Assembly: GCA_018830525.1 (NCBI GenBank)
Contig: JAHJSH010000001.1
Coordinates: 1 to 56,327 of the forward strand
From: Nanobdellota archaeon
GTDB taxonomy: Archaea; Nanobdellota; Nanobdellia; Pacearchaeales; GW2011-AR1
Direction of reading: 5' to 3'
DNA length: 56,327 nucleotides
The notes under the pieces were generated by a model, which was not told the origin of the DNA, did not search any database, and saw nothing but the letters and a program-made list of their open reading frames with translations. A program made the position numbers and the translations under genes. Below, in pieces: positions 19,374 to 28,701 of the stretch (its first letter is position 1; each line of letters begins with the position of its first letter).

Positions 19374-19679
19374 TTATGAAAGAACCAAAGCAAAAGGCAC
19401 ACCTTCAACCTCAATAATACCTTCGTCCTTAATTAACCCAAGATCCTTCGCAACCCTGATAGACTTCTCGCCAACAATATTAAACGTCGCATCTTCCTTA
19501 GTGCAATCGATAATTTTCTCCTTCAATTCAACCTCATCAACTTCATCCCCTTGAAAAAAAGGCCCTGTCAAATCTAATTGTTTTATTCCTTCACTCAAAA
19601 TCCTCCCATAAACATCCTTGTCACAAATAGCAACAACCAACCGATACGACTTATGAATTTTAAATAAAATCTCCCCCAT
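19374..19679 (-). CDS. DUF424-family archaeal protein
   Basis: VVAICDKDVYGRILSEG...LDLTGPFFQGDEV. The ORF track's TTG start at 19721 would include the TATA box; ATG 19679 is 21 nt from it. Confidence 0.5.
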   Translation of the reverse strand: MGEILFKIHKSYRLVVAICDKDVYGRILSEGIKQLDLTGPFFQGDEVDEVELKEKIIDCTKEDATFNIVGEKSIRVAKDLGLIKDEGIIEVEGVPFALVLS

Positions 19680-19700
19680 ACAAAAAAATAACTTCAAAGG

Positions 19701-19708
19701 TTTATAAA
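19701..19708. promoter_or_regulatory. Palindromic TATA box TTTATAAA exactly 21 nt from both divergent ATGs (19679 minus, 19730 plus)
   Basis: Spacers 19680..19700 and 19709..19729 are both 21 nt. Confidence 0.5.
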
Positions 19709-19729
19709 TATTAGCAGACAATAAACAAG

Positions 19730-20020
19730 ATGGAAGAAGATAGACCTTTCAGAACAGAAAGTTGTGGAGATTGTTCGAACTTCCGGTGGGGACATCATAC
19801 ACTGAAAGGATTTATCATAGATTGGCAATATGGAGAAAATGCTGGATGCCACAACAGAGGACAAACATTTGAACTAGACCGAGATCCTGGAACAGAATTC
19901 TTAACTCCTGAAGAAGCCTTAGATTATTACGGCCCCGAAGGAAACTATTGCAAAAGATTCACCGGACAAAAACCTCACACATTAGAAGAAATACAAAAAT
20001 ACATCTCCGAGCATCTCTAA
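19730..20020 (+). CDS. Hypothetical protein
   Basis: ORF with promoter geometry support. Confidence 0.5.
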   Translation: MEEDRPFRTESCGDCSNFRWGHHTLKGFIIDWQYGENAGCHNRGQTFELDRDPGTEFLTPEEALDYYGPEGNYCKRFTGQKPHTLEEIQKYISEHL

Positions 20021-20024
20021 AAAA

Positions 20025-20390
20025 TTAAACAGGTTTAGGAATAGTTTCGGCATAATCCCCAACTCCGATATAAGACTTCAAGGCTTTTTCCAAGGAATTG
20101 GCATCTTCCATCATACCTGCTTCTCGAACGGTCTTAATTAAATACTCAGTCAGTTCAGGATTCTTAGAAAGTTTCTCTCCAGTATAGACAAGATTAAAGG
20201 AAACATTTTGTGTGCCGAATTCAAGACAGGAACCGTCATCCATAGCTAATCTATCAAGATAACCTCTCAAATAAATTTTCTTTTCAGAAACACCTAAATT
20301 CTCAATATTAGATCTAAAAAACTCAGTCTCAGCCCTAAACTGTGCTACCTTCATATCTTTCCTAACACTCTCAACATCCATAAAATACAC
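20025..20390 (-). CDS. Hypothetical protein
   Basis: ORF only. Confidence 0.45.
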   Translation of the reverse strand: MYFMDVESVRKDMKVAQFRAETEFFRSNIENLGVSEKKIYLRGYLDRLAMDDGSCLEFGTQNVSFNLVYTGEKLSKNPELTEYLIKTVREAGMMEDANSLEKALKSYIGVGDYAETIPKPV

Positions 20391-20469
20391 AAACCCCCAA
20401 ACTATTTAAATATTCTCTAAAAAAATAAGAAATTCCCCCTTCCCTAAAGGGGAATTATAAAAATAAAAA

Positions 20470-20664
20470 TTAAGCTGCTTTCTTAGCCTCGCCATCAGCC
20501 ACTGCCTTATCAGCATTGTCCTTTGACATAATCCTACACATTCCACATCCACAATCAGCACACTTTCCTTTAGCCATATATCCGCCTCGAGAAGTGATAG
20601 TCATCTGTGCATCCTTCATTGTTTTGTTTTCCTTACATTTCATACATCTTCCTTCAATTGTCAT
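20470..20664 (-). CDS. Small zinc-ribbon protein (DUF5679-like)
   Basis: CMKCKENKTM...KGKCADCGCGMCRI (two CxxC pairs). Confidence 0.45.
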   Translation of the reverse strand: MTIEGRCMKCKENKTMKDAQMTITSRGGYMAKGKCADCGCGMCRIMSKDNADKAVADGEAKKAA

Positions 20665-20738
20665 TTTTTCCTCCTATTAAATTTAGTTTATCTAAATTTC
20701 CATGGTTGATTTTTAATCGACCTTTCAATTTAGTTTTT

Positions 20739-21140
20739 TTAAATCCTGTATACTTCGTACTTCTCACCACACGCAAGACACCTTAAAAAAGCCTTCCCTT
20801 TGTCTTCTTCCAACTCTGTGTCCGGCTTTTTACATTTTGGACACAAAACAAACCTATTAACATACCTCTCAATCTTTTCATTCACTTCCTTAGAGGGCAG
20901 CTTCCGAGACAAAATAAGTCTATCCCCCTTCAATTCTCCGGAGCTTGCAAGCTCCTTAGTTAAAAATTTCATCACATGATCGACGTCCCGTCTAAGACAA
21001 GTAACAACCGGGACAAAATTCGTTATAATAGTCCGAGTCCCTTCATGATGCCCTTTGACCTTCAAAATCTCAAAACGTCCACATTCCCCAACAGGCTCAA
21101 TAGTCTCATACGCCTCATTCAATAAATCTTCATAATCCAT
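20739..21140 (-). CDS. eif2b: Translation initiation factor aIF-2 beta subunit
   Basis: YEDLLNEAYE, TIITNF, KFLTKELASSG, C-terminal zinc ribbon FVLCPKCKKPDTEL...LRCLACGE. Confidence 0.9.
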   Translation of the reverse strand: MDYEDLLNEAYETIEPVGECGRFEILKVKGHHEGTRTIITNFVPVVTCLRRDVDHVMKFLTKELASSGELKGDRLILSRKLPSKEVNEKIERYVNRFVLCPKCKKPDTELEEDKGKAFLRCLACGEKYEVYRI

Positions 21141-21345
21141 AAATTCAAATCTTTAGATTTTAATTTCGCAAGGGCTTTGCCATTGCATAATCTAAAATTA
21201 CCTCCACAAATTTATTAAATCTCATGAATTCCCCATGAATTTCCACTTTATAAGAGTTATTACACGTAAGCCATCACCAAAAAACTTATAAACCAAACAA
21301 TACAACAAATAATATAAATTCTAGAGATTATCTCTTGATTCTAAA

Positions 21346-22011
21346 ATGGACGCAGATTTAAAGAAGAATATTATGTCAAGCGGTACTAGCTTAGTCGGAC
21401 TGATTTGTAAGGACGGTGTAGTCATGGCCGGCGATAAGAGGTCGACAGCAGGCGGACAAATAGTAATGGACAAAAACGCCGATAAGATTATTCCTATAAA
21501 TGAATATTTAATCACTTCTGGAACAGGTATAGCCTCGGATATAGATATGCTACAAAAACTCGCCAAAGCACAGTTAAAAATAAAAGAATTACGAGATAAA
21601 AAGAGACCTACAGTTAAGGAAGCCGCAAATCTAATTGCCGCAATTAACTACAAGAGTATCCGACAACCTGCAATGATTCAATTCATCGCAGGGCTGATGG
21701 TGGGGGGAGTAAACGAAAACGGAATAACAGAACTTTACTCTGTAGAACCAGCAGGAAGTGTAATGAAAGTAACCGAATTTGATGCAAACTTTTCATCTGG
21801 AATGCCTTACATTTTAGGATTACTAGAAAAATCATACAAAAAAGACATGACTATGGAAGAAGGAGTTGAACTTGCAATTGAAGCAATTAAAGCAGCTTCC
21901 GAGAGAGATACCGCATCCGGACAAGGAGTAGATGTATTCACAATAACAAAAGACGGGATTAAACACGTATCGAAACAAAAAGTCGAGAAAGTTTACAAAG
22001 AGCATAATTAA
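21346..22011 (+). CDS. psmB: Proteasome subunit beta (with propeptide)
   Basis: GTSLVGLICKDGVVMAGDKRST (catalytic Thr after the propeptide), Ntn-hydrolase layout. Confidence 0.9.
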   Translation: MDADLKKNIMSSGTSLVGLICKDGVVMAGDKRSTAGGQIVMDKNADKIIPINEYLITSGTGIASDIDMLQKLAKAQLKIKELRDKKRPTVKEAANLIAAINYKSIRQPAMIQFIAGLMVGGVNENGITELYSVEPAGSVMKVTEFDANFSSGMPYILGLLEKSYKKDMTMEEGVELAIEAIKAASERDTASGQGVDVFTITKDGIKHVSKQKVEKVYKEHN

Positions 22012-22021
22012 TTTTAATAAA

Positions 22022-23911
22022 ATGGCCGATATTTTAAAAACAATAGAAGAGCAATTACCGCGAGGCACCGTAGGTTCAACAATCTTTGAAGGAGCAAACA
22101 TCATAGTTTATACTACTGACACCGCATTCTTCAAAAACGGGGACTCACAAATCAAAGAAGTTGTAAACAATATTAAAAAAAGAATCGAACTAAGGGCAGA
22201 CAAATCATTACTTATGCCTCAAGACGAAACCGAAAAAAAAATCCGAGAAATTCTCCCAGTAGAATCCGAAATAACCCAAATAATTTTTGACCCTCAACGA
22301 AGTACAGTAATCATCGAATCAAAGAAACCCGGATTAGCAATCGGAAAAGCAGGGAGTCTTTTAAAAGAAATCAAACAAGCAACAATGTGGACCCCACAAG
22401 TTCAACGTTCAGCAGCAATTCAATCAAAGATTACTGATAAAATCCGAGAAGTTCTATACCAGGACAATAACTATCGGAAAAAATTTCTAAACAGCATCGG
22501 GGAAAAAATCTACAAAGGATGGAACCCTGACAAAATAGAAGAATGGGTGAGGGTTACCGCACTCGGAGGGGGAAGACAAGTAGGACGAAGTTGTTTCCTT
22601 CTGCAAACTCCAATATCCAGAATATTAATCGACTGCGGAGTAGATGTATCTTCAAATGGAAAAGACAAATACCCTTATCTTGAAGCACCTGAATTAGACT
22701 TAACCGCAATTGATGCAGTCATCTTATCCCACGCACACCTAGACCACTCAGGTTTAATTCCTTACTTGTATAAAATGGGATACAAAGGCCCAGTATATAT
22801 GACCGCACCGACGAGAGACATTTCAGCACTAATGGCCTTAGACTTTATTGGCGTCGCTTACAAACAAGCCACAGCACCCTTGTTTAAATCAACAGACATT
22901 AGAAATATGGTAAAACACTCAATCGTTCTAAACTACGGAGAAGTAAGTGACATAACTCCGGATGTCCGAATAACATTATACAACGCCGGACATACACTCG
23001 GCTCATCAATGATTCATTTCAATATCGGAAACGGATTACACAACTACGTGTACTCTGGAGATATCAAATTCGGAAAATCACGTTCCCTTGAAGCTGCAAC
23101 ATCCTACTTTCCAAGAATCGAAACATTACAATTAGAGTCAACCTATGGTGGAAAAGACAACAATTTTCCTCCGAGAAAAGAATCAGAAGATGAATTACTT
23201 AATTTCGTAAATGATATTATTTCTAATGGCGGAAAAGTTCTACTTCCAGAATTAGGAACTGGCCATGCACAAGAAAAAATGTTAATATTAGAAGACGCAA
23301 TGAAAAACGGAAAAATCCCAAAAGTTCCCATTTATATCGACGGTATGATTTGGGACATCAATGCAATCCATACTGCATACCCTGATTTTTTGTCGAACGC
23401 CGTCCGTTCTGCAATTTTCGCAGATAATAATCCATTCGTTTCAGAAATCTTTCACAGGGTAGGCTCACCACAAGAAAGAAAGAATGTTATCGAAGGAGGT
23501 CCTTGTATCATTCTAGCAACTTCAGGTATGCTTGTTGGAGGTGCATCAGTCGAATATTTAAGGGAATTCGCAGATAGTTCAGTAAACGGACTTTGCCTAT
23601 CATGTTACCAACCACCCGGAGGAGTCGGTAGACAATTACAGGAAGGTGCAAGAGAAGCTACATTCGAAGTAGATGGAAGAACCGTAACCATTCCATTAAA
23701 ATTAAAGTTCCTTTCAATAGAAGGATTTTCCGGACATTCTTCAAGAAATGAATTAATGGCATTTATGAGTCATGTTAATCCGAAACCGCGAAAAGTAATC
23801 ATTAATCATGGGGAACAATCACGAGCATTAGATTTAGCTTCAAGTATTTACAAATCTAAGAGGATTGAAACAGTAGTTCCTAAGAATTTAGAGACGATTC
23901 GATTGAGATAA
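22022..23911 (+). CDS. aCPSF1 beta-CASP/metallo-beta-lactamase ribonuclease with N-terminal KH domains
   Basis: LSHAHLDHSG, beta-CASP region, 629 aa, KH-like GLAIGKAGSLLKEI. Confidence 0.9.
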   Translation: MADILKTIEEQLPRGTVGSTIFEGANIIVYTTDTAFFKNGDSQIKEVVNNIKKRIELRADKSLLMPQDETEKKIREILPVESEITQIIFDPQRSTVIIESKKPGLAIGKAGSLLKEIKQATMWTPQVQRSAAIQSKITDKIREVLYQDNNYRKKFLNSIGEKIYKGWNPDKIEEWVRVTALGGGRQVGRSCFLLQTPISRILIDCGVDVSSNGKDKYPYLEAPELDLTAIDAVILSHAHLDHSGLIPYLYKMGYKGPVYMTAPTRDISALMALDFIGVAYKQATAPLFKSTDIRNMVKHSIVLNYGEVSDITPDVRITLYNAGHTLGSSMIHFNIGNGLHNYVYSGDIKFGKSRSLEAATSYFPRIETLQLESTYGGKDNNFPPRKESEDELLNFVNDIISNGGKVLLPELGTGHAQEKMLILEDAMKNGKIPKVPIYIDGMIWDINAIHTAYPDFLSNAVRSAIFADNNPFVSEIFHRVGSPQERKNVIEGGPCIILATSGMLVGGASVEYLREFADSSVNGLCLSCYQPPGGVGRQLQEGAREATFEVDGRTVTIPLKLKFLSIEGFSGHSSRNELMAFMSHVNPKPRKVIINHGEQSRALDLASSIYKSKRIETVVPKNLETIRLR

Positions 23912-24100
23912 TCTCAGCTCTTTCAACTTCCTAATTTTCTCCATACCCCCCTTAGTTTTTTCCAACCTCTTATAAAAATCCCATGCCTTCATAATTTGAG
24001 CATCGATAAACTGTGTATGTTCCCTTTTCCAACTATTTGGATTCTCCTTAACAAACTTTCCCCACCTTTCAATTTGCTCTAAATGAGTTCTGTCTCTCAT
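23888..24100 (-). CDS. Small helical hypothetical protein, second gene of the inserted 2-gene cassette
   Basis: ATGA overlap with the upstream nucleotidyltransferase gene; its 3' end runs into the duplicated aCPSF1 segment. Confidence 0.4.
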   Translation of the reverse strand: MRDRTHLEQIERWGKFVKENPNSWKREHTQFIDAQIMKAWDFYKRLEKTKGGMEKIRKLKELRLSQSNRL

Positions 24101-24657
24101 AATCTAAACTTCCTAATCATATTTTTAATTATTTGAATTTCACTTTCATTAATTATATCAGCATAAACAATTCTCAAATGCCTTGCATCCTCAAAATCCT
24201 TATCCCCCTTCAACCATTCTTCCTTAAACGCAATATTACCTTCTATTGGAGCAAAATAAATCTGAAGTTTGGTCAATTCCATTTTTACTCTTCTCTTCAA
24301 TTGATACTTATCAATTACATCCTTAACAAAATGAAGTTCCATCTCAGGCAAGGTCTTCCCCCCCCAAGTATATCTTATACTGTCTTTTCCAATTAAATAT
24401 TTTTCAAATAAAACCTCCGGATTTTCAGACTGCATACATTCGAAATTATTTTCCACCAAATCATTGTGCATCTCAGCAAACTTCTCCCTAGACATTTCAC
24501 CAATAATCATATCTATATCCTCTGTACCTCGAGTTCTCCCACTTGAAATTGCTGCAAATCCTGACACAACCATATATTCCACATATCTACCAACGATAGC
24601 ACAAAAGTCTTCCGCAAACTTATCTAAAATATTTCTATCATCAATTTTTCTATCCAT
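24097..24657 (-). CDS. Predicted nucleotidyltransferase-fold protein (MNT-like)
   Basis: VVSGFAAISSGRTRGTEDIDMII (GS-x-DxD pattern); TATA-like box 24679..24686 lies 21 nt upstream. Confidence 0.45.
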   Translation of the reverse strand: MDRKIDDRNILDKFAEDFCAIVGRYVEYMVVSGFAAISSGRTRGTEDIDMIIGEMSREKFAEMHNDLVENNFECMQSENPEVLFEKYLIGKDSIRYTWGGKTLPEMELHFVKDVIDKYQLKRRVKMELTKLQIYFAPIEGNIAFKEEWLKGDKDFEDARHLRIVYADIINESEIQIIKNMIRKFRL

Positions 24658-24693
24658 AAAAAAACTAACAATCCTATATATAAATAATTATTG

Positions 24694-24831
24694 GTCAACC
24701 CAAAACCGCGAAAAGTAATCATTAATCATGGAGAACAATCACGAGCATTAGATTTAGCTTCAAGTATTTACAAATCTAAGAGGATTGAAACAGTAGTTCC
24801 TAAGAATTTAGAGACGATTCGATTGAGATAA
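24694..24831 (+). pseudogene. Orphan duplicate of the last 45 codons plus stop of aCPSF1 (copy of 23774..23911)
   Basis: 138 nt at a 920-nt offset; 4 mismatches, all synonymous third-position changes (GTT/GTC, AAT/AAC, CCG/CCA, GGG/GGA); the same TAA stop. Confidence 0.85.
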
Positions 24832-25037
24832 ATTTTTCCATTTAACATACTCGAGGAAGATATTATCATGAATTAATTTATGTTATGATCATGTTCAACA
24901 TAATTTTATTTTTGCCTTCCAGCGTCGCTGTTCAGTTCCCAATTTTTCTAAACGAATCAACTTAGCATACCGCTCAATCTAAAATTAAAATTTCAGATAA
25001 CATCGCTGACTATGCCACTCGCTTCACCCCCAAAATT

Positions 25038-25087
25038 TATTAGGATGTCCCACGACCCACCGACTCAGAGATTTTAACTAATACTAC
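25038..25087 (+). repeat. Imperfect direct repeat flanking the RelE module (partner at 25931..25978)
   Basis: Collinear blocks TATTRGGATG, CCCACC, AGAGATTTT, TAATACTAC. Confidence 0.3.
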
Positions 25088-25106
25088 TAAAGAATTTTCT
25101 TAATCT

Positions 25107-25385
25107 TTATCTTTTATATGCTTCATCATGATGACCAAAGAAGAAAAAGATAATTGTTTTTCTAGTCTTATTTATTTCATACTTAAGAACAAATGATTTC
25201 ATAATATGGACTCTCCTTTCCCCCACTAAATCATACTTTAATGATTTATAATGTTGAGGATTTTGAATAATCTCCTCAATTTTTTTCATAACTTGTTTAT
25301 ACATTATTTTATTCTTTTTAAAAAGTTTGTTGAGAGTTCTTTTTAAATCAGGCATCACCTCATAATTATACATTTTATTCCTCAA
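25107..25385 (-). CDS. relE: RelE/ParE-superfamily toxin (mRNA interferase-like)
   Basis: 92 aa, basic, KKIEEIIQNPQHYKSLKYDLVGERRVHI...FGHHDEAY; 11-nt overlap with the upstream small gene. Confidence 0.6.
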   Translation of the reverse strand: MRNKMYNYEVMPDLKRTLNKLFKKNKIMYKQVMKKIEEIIQNPQHYKSLKYDLVGERRVHIMKSFVLKYEINKTRKTIIFFFFGHHDEAYKR

Positions 25386-25674
25386 TAATCTTTCTTAATT
25401 CAGACATATTTTTAAATTTTATCCCTTTTTCTTTCTTTATCTTGGAAATTTTTTCTATAAATTCTTTTTTTAAGGGAAGTTCATCAACAGGATGCCAATC
25501 GATTCTTTCACAAAATTCCCACTCTTTATCTGAGATCTCCCCAGTTTTTAAATACCTTTCAAAAATTAATTTTTTAATAGTTTCTTCCCTTGCGATTTCA
25601 GACCAATTTACCCATAAAAGTTGTTTTAATTGATCTTTAAATTTTTCCTCAACAGATAATGTTATAGATACCAT
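25375..25674 (-). CDS. Putative antitoxin of the RelE module
   Basis: Position and overlap. Its N-terminus MVSITLSVEEKFKDQLKQL..VNWSEI is paralogous to the 51-aa ORF upstream. Confidence 0.5.
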   Translation of the reverse strand: MVSITLSVEEKFKDQLKQLLWVNWSEIAREETIKKLIFERYLKTGEISDKEWEFCERIDWHPVDELPLKKEFIEKISKIKKEKGIKFKNMSELRKIIEE

Positions 25675-25830
25675 CTATATTTTTCCAGAGTTTTTTAATT
25701 CTTCAAATTTCTTAAATTCTTTTATTCTTACTTCAAATCTTTTTTTTAAATATTCTGCCCAATTTATTTCGGGATACTCATCTATCTCTTTTTTTAAGTT
25801 TTCAGGTATTGATATAGTGAATGTAGCCAT
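25675..25830 (-). CDS. 51-aa antitoxin-like small protein, below the ORF-track cutoff
   Basis: ATG 25830, TAG 25677..25675 abutting the next ATG (25674); MATFTISIPENLKKEIDEYPEINWAEYLKKRFEVRIKEFKKFEELKNSGKI. Confidence 0.45.
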   Translation of the reverse strand: MATFTISIPENLKKEIDEYPEINWAEYLKKRFEVRIKEFKKFEELKNSGKI

Positions 25831-25930
25831 TTTGTTTATATACTAGATTTAGTTTAAATATTATAATTAGTTTATGTATTTAAATCTTACTATTTCGAAA
25901 TTGCAAAAACCTTCGCGCACCTTCTTAATC

Positions 25931-25978
25931 TATTGGGATGGCTTCAACTTCCCACCAAGAGAGATTTTGTAATACTAC
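25931..25978 (+). repeat. Imperfect direct repeat, partner of 25038..25087
   Basis: See partner feature. Confidence 0.3.
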
Positions 25979-26304
25979 GGGGTTTTCTCAACTTCTTCAC
26001 TTCGCTCGACCTTTCAGAAGATATAACAGCGATTAAAAAGTTCATAAATATACTTTTATTCACCCATATTTTTCTTTCAGAAAAACACTCGAGGTCGCTT
26101 TCAGCTCCACCCGATCCCTAAATGGTTTCTTAATCGCAAACGTTAATCCTAATCTTTATATACCACTCAACCTTTCTCAAATCAAGAGGAATCGAAAAAA
26201 GATCAAATCGCAGATTTGGAAAATAAGTTTTTCTACTTTGCCTCAACAGAGGTACGCCAATTGGGTGGAAGAAAAATTTCTTTTTTCTAAAAAGAAAGAA
26301 ATCA

Positions 26305-27270
26305 ATGAAACACAAATTAACTATCACATTACTTTTGCTGAGCATGTTCTTAGTAACACAATTCATCGGACTCTTCGTAGTAAACGCTTACACTCCAGAA
26401 ACGGTTTTCAATCAAACCACAGGGATGATAACCATCTCGCCAGAAAACCAGCTTCCCTTCGGAATAGAAACCCCTGAGACAAACTTCCTTGCAATCATAT
26501 TCTATTTTATTCTAGCCTTCGCAATCGTCGCAATACTGATGAAGTACAAATGGAAACTAGTAATCAAACTTTGGTTCCTCCTTGTAATAATCCTCGCACT
26601 AGGAATCACACTAAACGCATTCCTAAAATATTCAACTCTTACAAACATTTCAATAATCGCATTAGTAATCGCAATCCCCCTAGCACTCTTAAAACTTTTC
26701 AGACCAAACGTCTTCGTTCATAACATTACCGAACTTTTTATCTATCCCGGAATCGCAGCAGTCTTCGTCGCAATCTTACAACCATTAACCGCAGTCCTAC
26801 TACTTGTCTTAATTTCAATCTACGACATGTGGGCAGTTTGGAAAGCAAAGTTCATGCAAAAAATGGCAAAGTTTGAAATGGAAGAATTACATATCTTCGG
26901 AGGATTTTTAATCCCGACGATTTCAAAGAAAGTCAAAGCCCAAATAGAAAGGATAAAACAAAAATACCAAAACAAAAAAATGCCGGCAAAAGTAAAAAAG
27001 AAAAAATTCAAAGTTAGACTCGCAATCCTTGGAGGAGGCGACGTCATCTTCCCGATAATAACGGCCGGAGTTTTCATGCGAGCATTCCCTAAACAAGCCT
27101 TATTTGGAATCATGGGACTAATCCCCGCACTTTTTATAATATTTGGAGCATTAGCCGGATTAACATATCTCATGTTAATAACAAAGAAAGACAAAGCCTA
27201 TCCCGCAATGCCCTATATTTCTACAGGAATTTTCGCAGCACTTATTCTTTGGAAGTTTATAATTTTGTAA
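26305..27270 (+). CDS. Presenilin/signal-peptide-peptidase-like intramembrane aspartyl protease (A22 family)
   Basis: Polytopic membrane protein with SIYDMWAVW (YD), LGGGDVIFP (GxGD) and LIPALFIIFG (PAL). Confidence 0.7.
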   Translation: MKHKLTITLLLLSMFLVTQFIGLFVVNAYTPETVFNQTTGMITISPENQLPFGIETPETNFLAIIFYFILAFAIVAILMKYKWKLVIKLWFLLVIILALGITLNAFLKYSTLTNISIIALVIAIPLALLKLFRPNVFVHNITELFIYPGIAAVFVAILQPLTAVLLLVLISIYDMWAVWKAKFMQKMAKFEMEELHIFGGFLIPTISKKVKAQIERIKQKYQNKKMPAKVKKKKFKVRLAILGGGDVIFPIITAGVFMRAFPKQALFGIMGLIPALFIIFGALAGLTYLMLITKKDKAYPAMPYISTGIFAALILWKFIIL

Positions 27271-27355
27271 ATCACTAAATAAAATTTTAGACTAAATAAT
27301 TATTACTTAGTTAAACAACCGTCACTAGCAAATTCTTTCCATCTCTTTGGAATCT

Positions 27356-28060
27356 CTAAAAGAATTTGCGAACCATGTTTTGCAATCGCCCCCCAATTCT
27401 TTTTTTACCATCACTATACACTTTTAGCAAATCAGTCATCTTTTTAGTTCCAACAGGATAAAAATCTTCAAAATGACAATCAGCACAATAAGTAGCAAAG
27501 CCTTCAAACCATTTTCTACCCTCGCCAAAATACCCCCCCTCATCCCTCCCCAAAATCTTTTTCCATAACACATGAGACAATTCATGCACAACCCCATAGT
27601 CCAATCTCTTAGCCCTTTCTTCAAAGCCAACATCCATAATCCTATTCGCCAAATTAAAAGGCGTATAAATAATATTATTATGTTGCCTAAAATCAGCGCC
27701 ACGCACCACATTAAACAATCCTATCGGACCAATCATCAAAGCTTCAAGAATAGAAAAGGTCGCGAAACTTCCATAAAAATCTTTTTTTGTAGGAATTCTT
27801 CCTTCATCCCATGCAACTTCAATAGCCTGATTCCAAGCCCTGTCATATACATGATCAGACAACCAAATTTTATTATCCTTGACTTTCACATTTCCTAAAC
27901 TCACCCTACATCTCTCTTCAATTCTCGGCTTATAATAATCAACTCTTTCCCGAACCTTCTCTAAAAAATTCTCTTTCTTTCTCCTTGATGTAGGTAAAAG
28001 AGCCCTGCAATTATCTCTATGAAATCTATAAATTTCCTGCATCAATCCTACATCCCCCAT
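27356..28060 (-). CDS. Putative zinc metallopeptidase (HExxH)
   Basis: VVHELSHVLW. ATG 28060 shares 1 nt with the TGA of the signal peptidase gene; the ORF-track start at 28066 is TTG. Confidence 0.4.
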   Translation of the reverse strand: MGDVGLMQEIYRFHRDNCRALLPTSRRKKENFLEKVRERVDYYKPRIEERCRVSLGNVKVKDNKIWLSDHVYDRAWNQAIEVAWDEGRIPTKKDFYGSFATFSILEALMIGPIGLFNVVRGADFRQHNNIIYTPFNLANRIMDVGFEERAKRLDYGVVHELSHVLWKKILGRDEGGYFGEGRKWFEGFATYCADCHFEDFYPVGTKKMTDLLKVYSDGKKRIGGRLQNMVRKFF

Positions 28061-28602
28061 CACCAAATAACCCCTACAGTCACATACTCAATGTCTTCAA
28101 AACGAATTTTATCATCAGAAAAAATATTATTATCCCCTTGAGTAATAAAATAAACTCCTTCATCATCAATTCCTTTTTCAACAACTCGATGAACAATTAA
28201 AATTCCTCCAAATCTAAAACTCACAATATCACCACCTTCAATTTGATCAGAATTCCTTGGAACAATACGTATACCATTCGCCCCCTTATCCAAAACTGGC
28301 TTCATACTTCCACTAGATGCGTAACTTGAAATCGTTGCATTAGCAATCCTCAAGAGAATATAATCATCAAACACCACAATATCTTCATCCATAACCCAAT
28401 TGGAAGGCGAACTCGCATCAAAACTCCCCAGACCAGTAGCAAAAGGCACCTCAAGACCTGAATTAGAAAACATATAAAATAGAAATACGCAACTAAAGAA
28501 ACCTGCCAAAAAAACCCAACTATACCGAGCGTAGCGGACTTTCTTAAAGGAGTTGAAGCCTGAAGAACCTTGGGTCTTAGGCCAGGTATACCTGTAATTC
28601 AT
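28060..28602 (-). CDS. Signal peptidase I, archaeal/Sec11 type (S26B)
   Basis: N-terminal TM, SGSMKPVLDKG (catalytic Ser box), GDIVSF, IVHRVVE. Confidence 0.7.
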   Translation of the reverse strand: MNYRYTWPKTQGSSGFNSFKKVRYARYSWVFLAGFFSCVFLFYMFSNSGLEVPFATGLGSFDASSPSNWVMDEDIVVFDDYILLRIANATISSYASSGSMKPVLDKGANGIRIVPRNSDQIEGGDIVSFRFGGILIVHRVVEKGIDDEGVYFITQGDNNIFSDDKIRFEDIEYVTVGVIW

Positions 28603-28701
28603 AACAAATACTCATAACGACATTATTTAAAACTTCCTAATTGTAACTCCTATTAAAAGACAACATCAGAAAGGTTTATAAATAGTCCCTCTGTCCTAGT
28701 A

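Noticed and set aside
25933-26477. ORFs 25933..26121, 26130..26366 and 26238..26477 between the RelE module and the presenilin-like gene
   Set aside because: They have no promoter geometry or motif and overlap one another. The region looks like non-coding remnant DNA, and the last ORF overlaps the well-supported start of the 321-aa gene.
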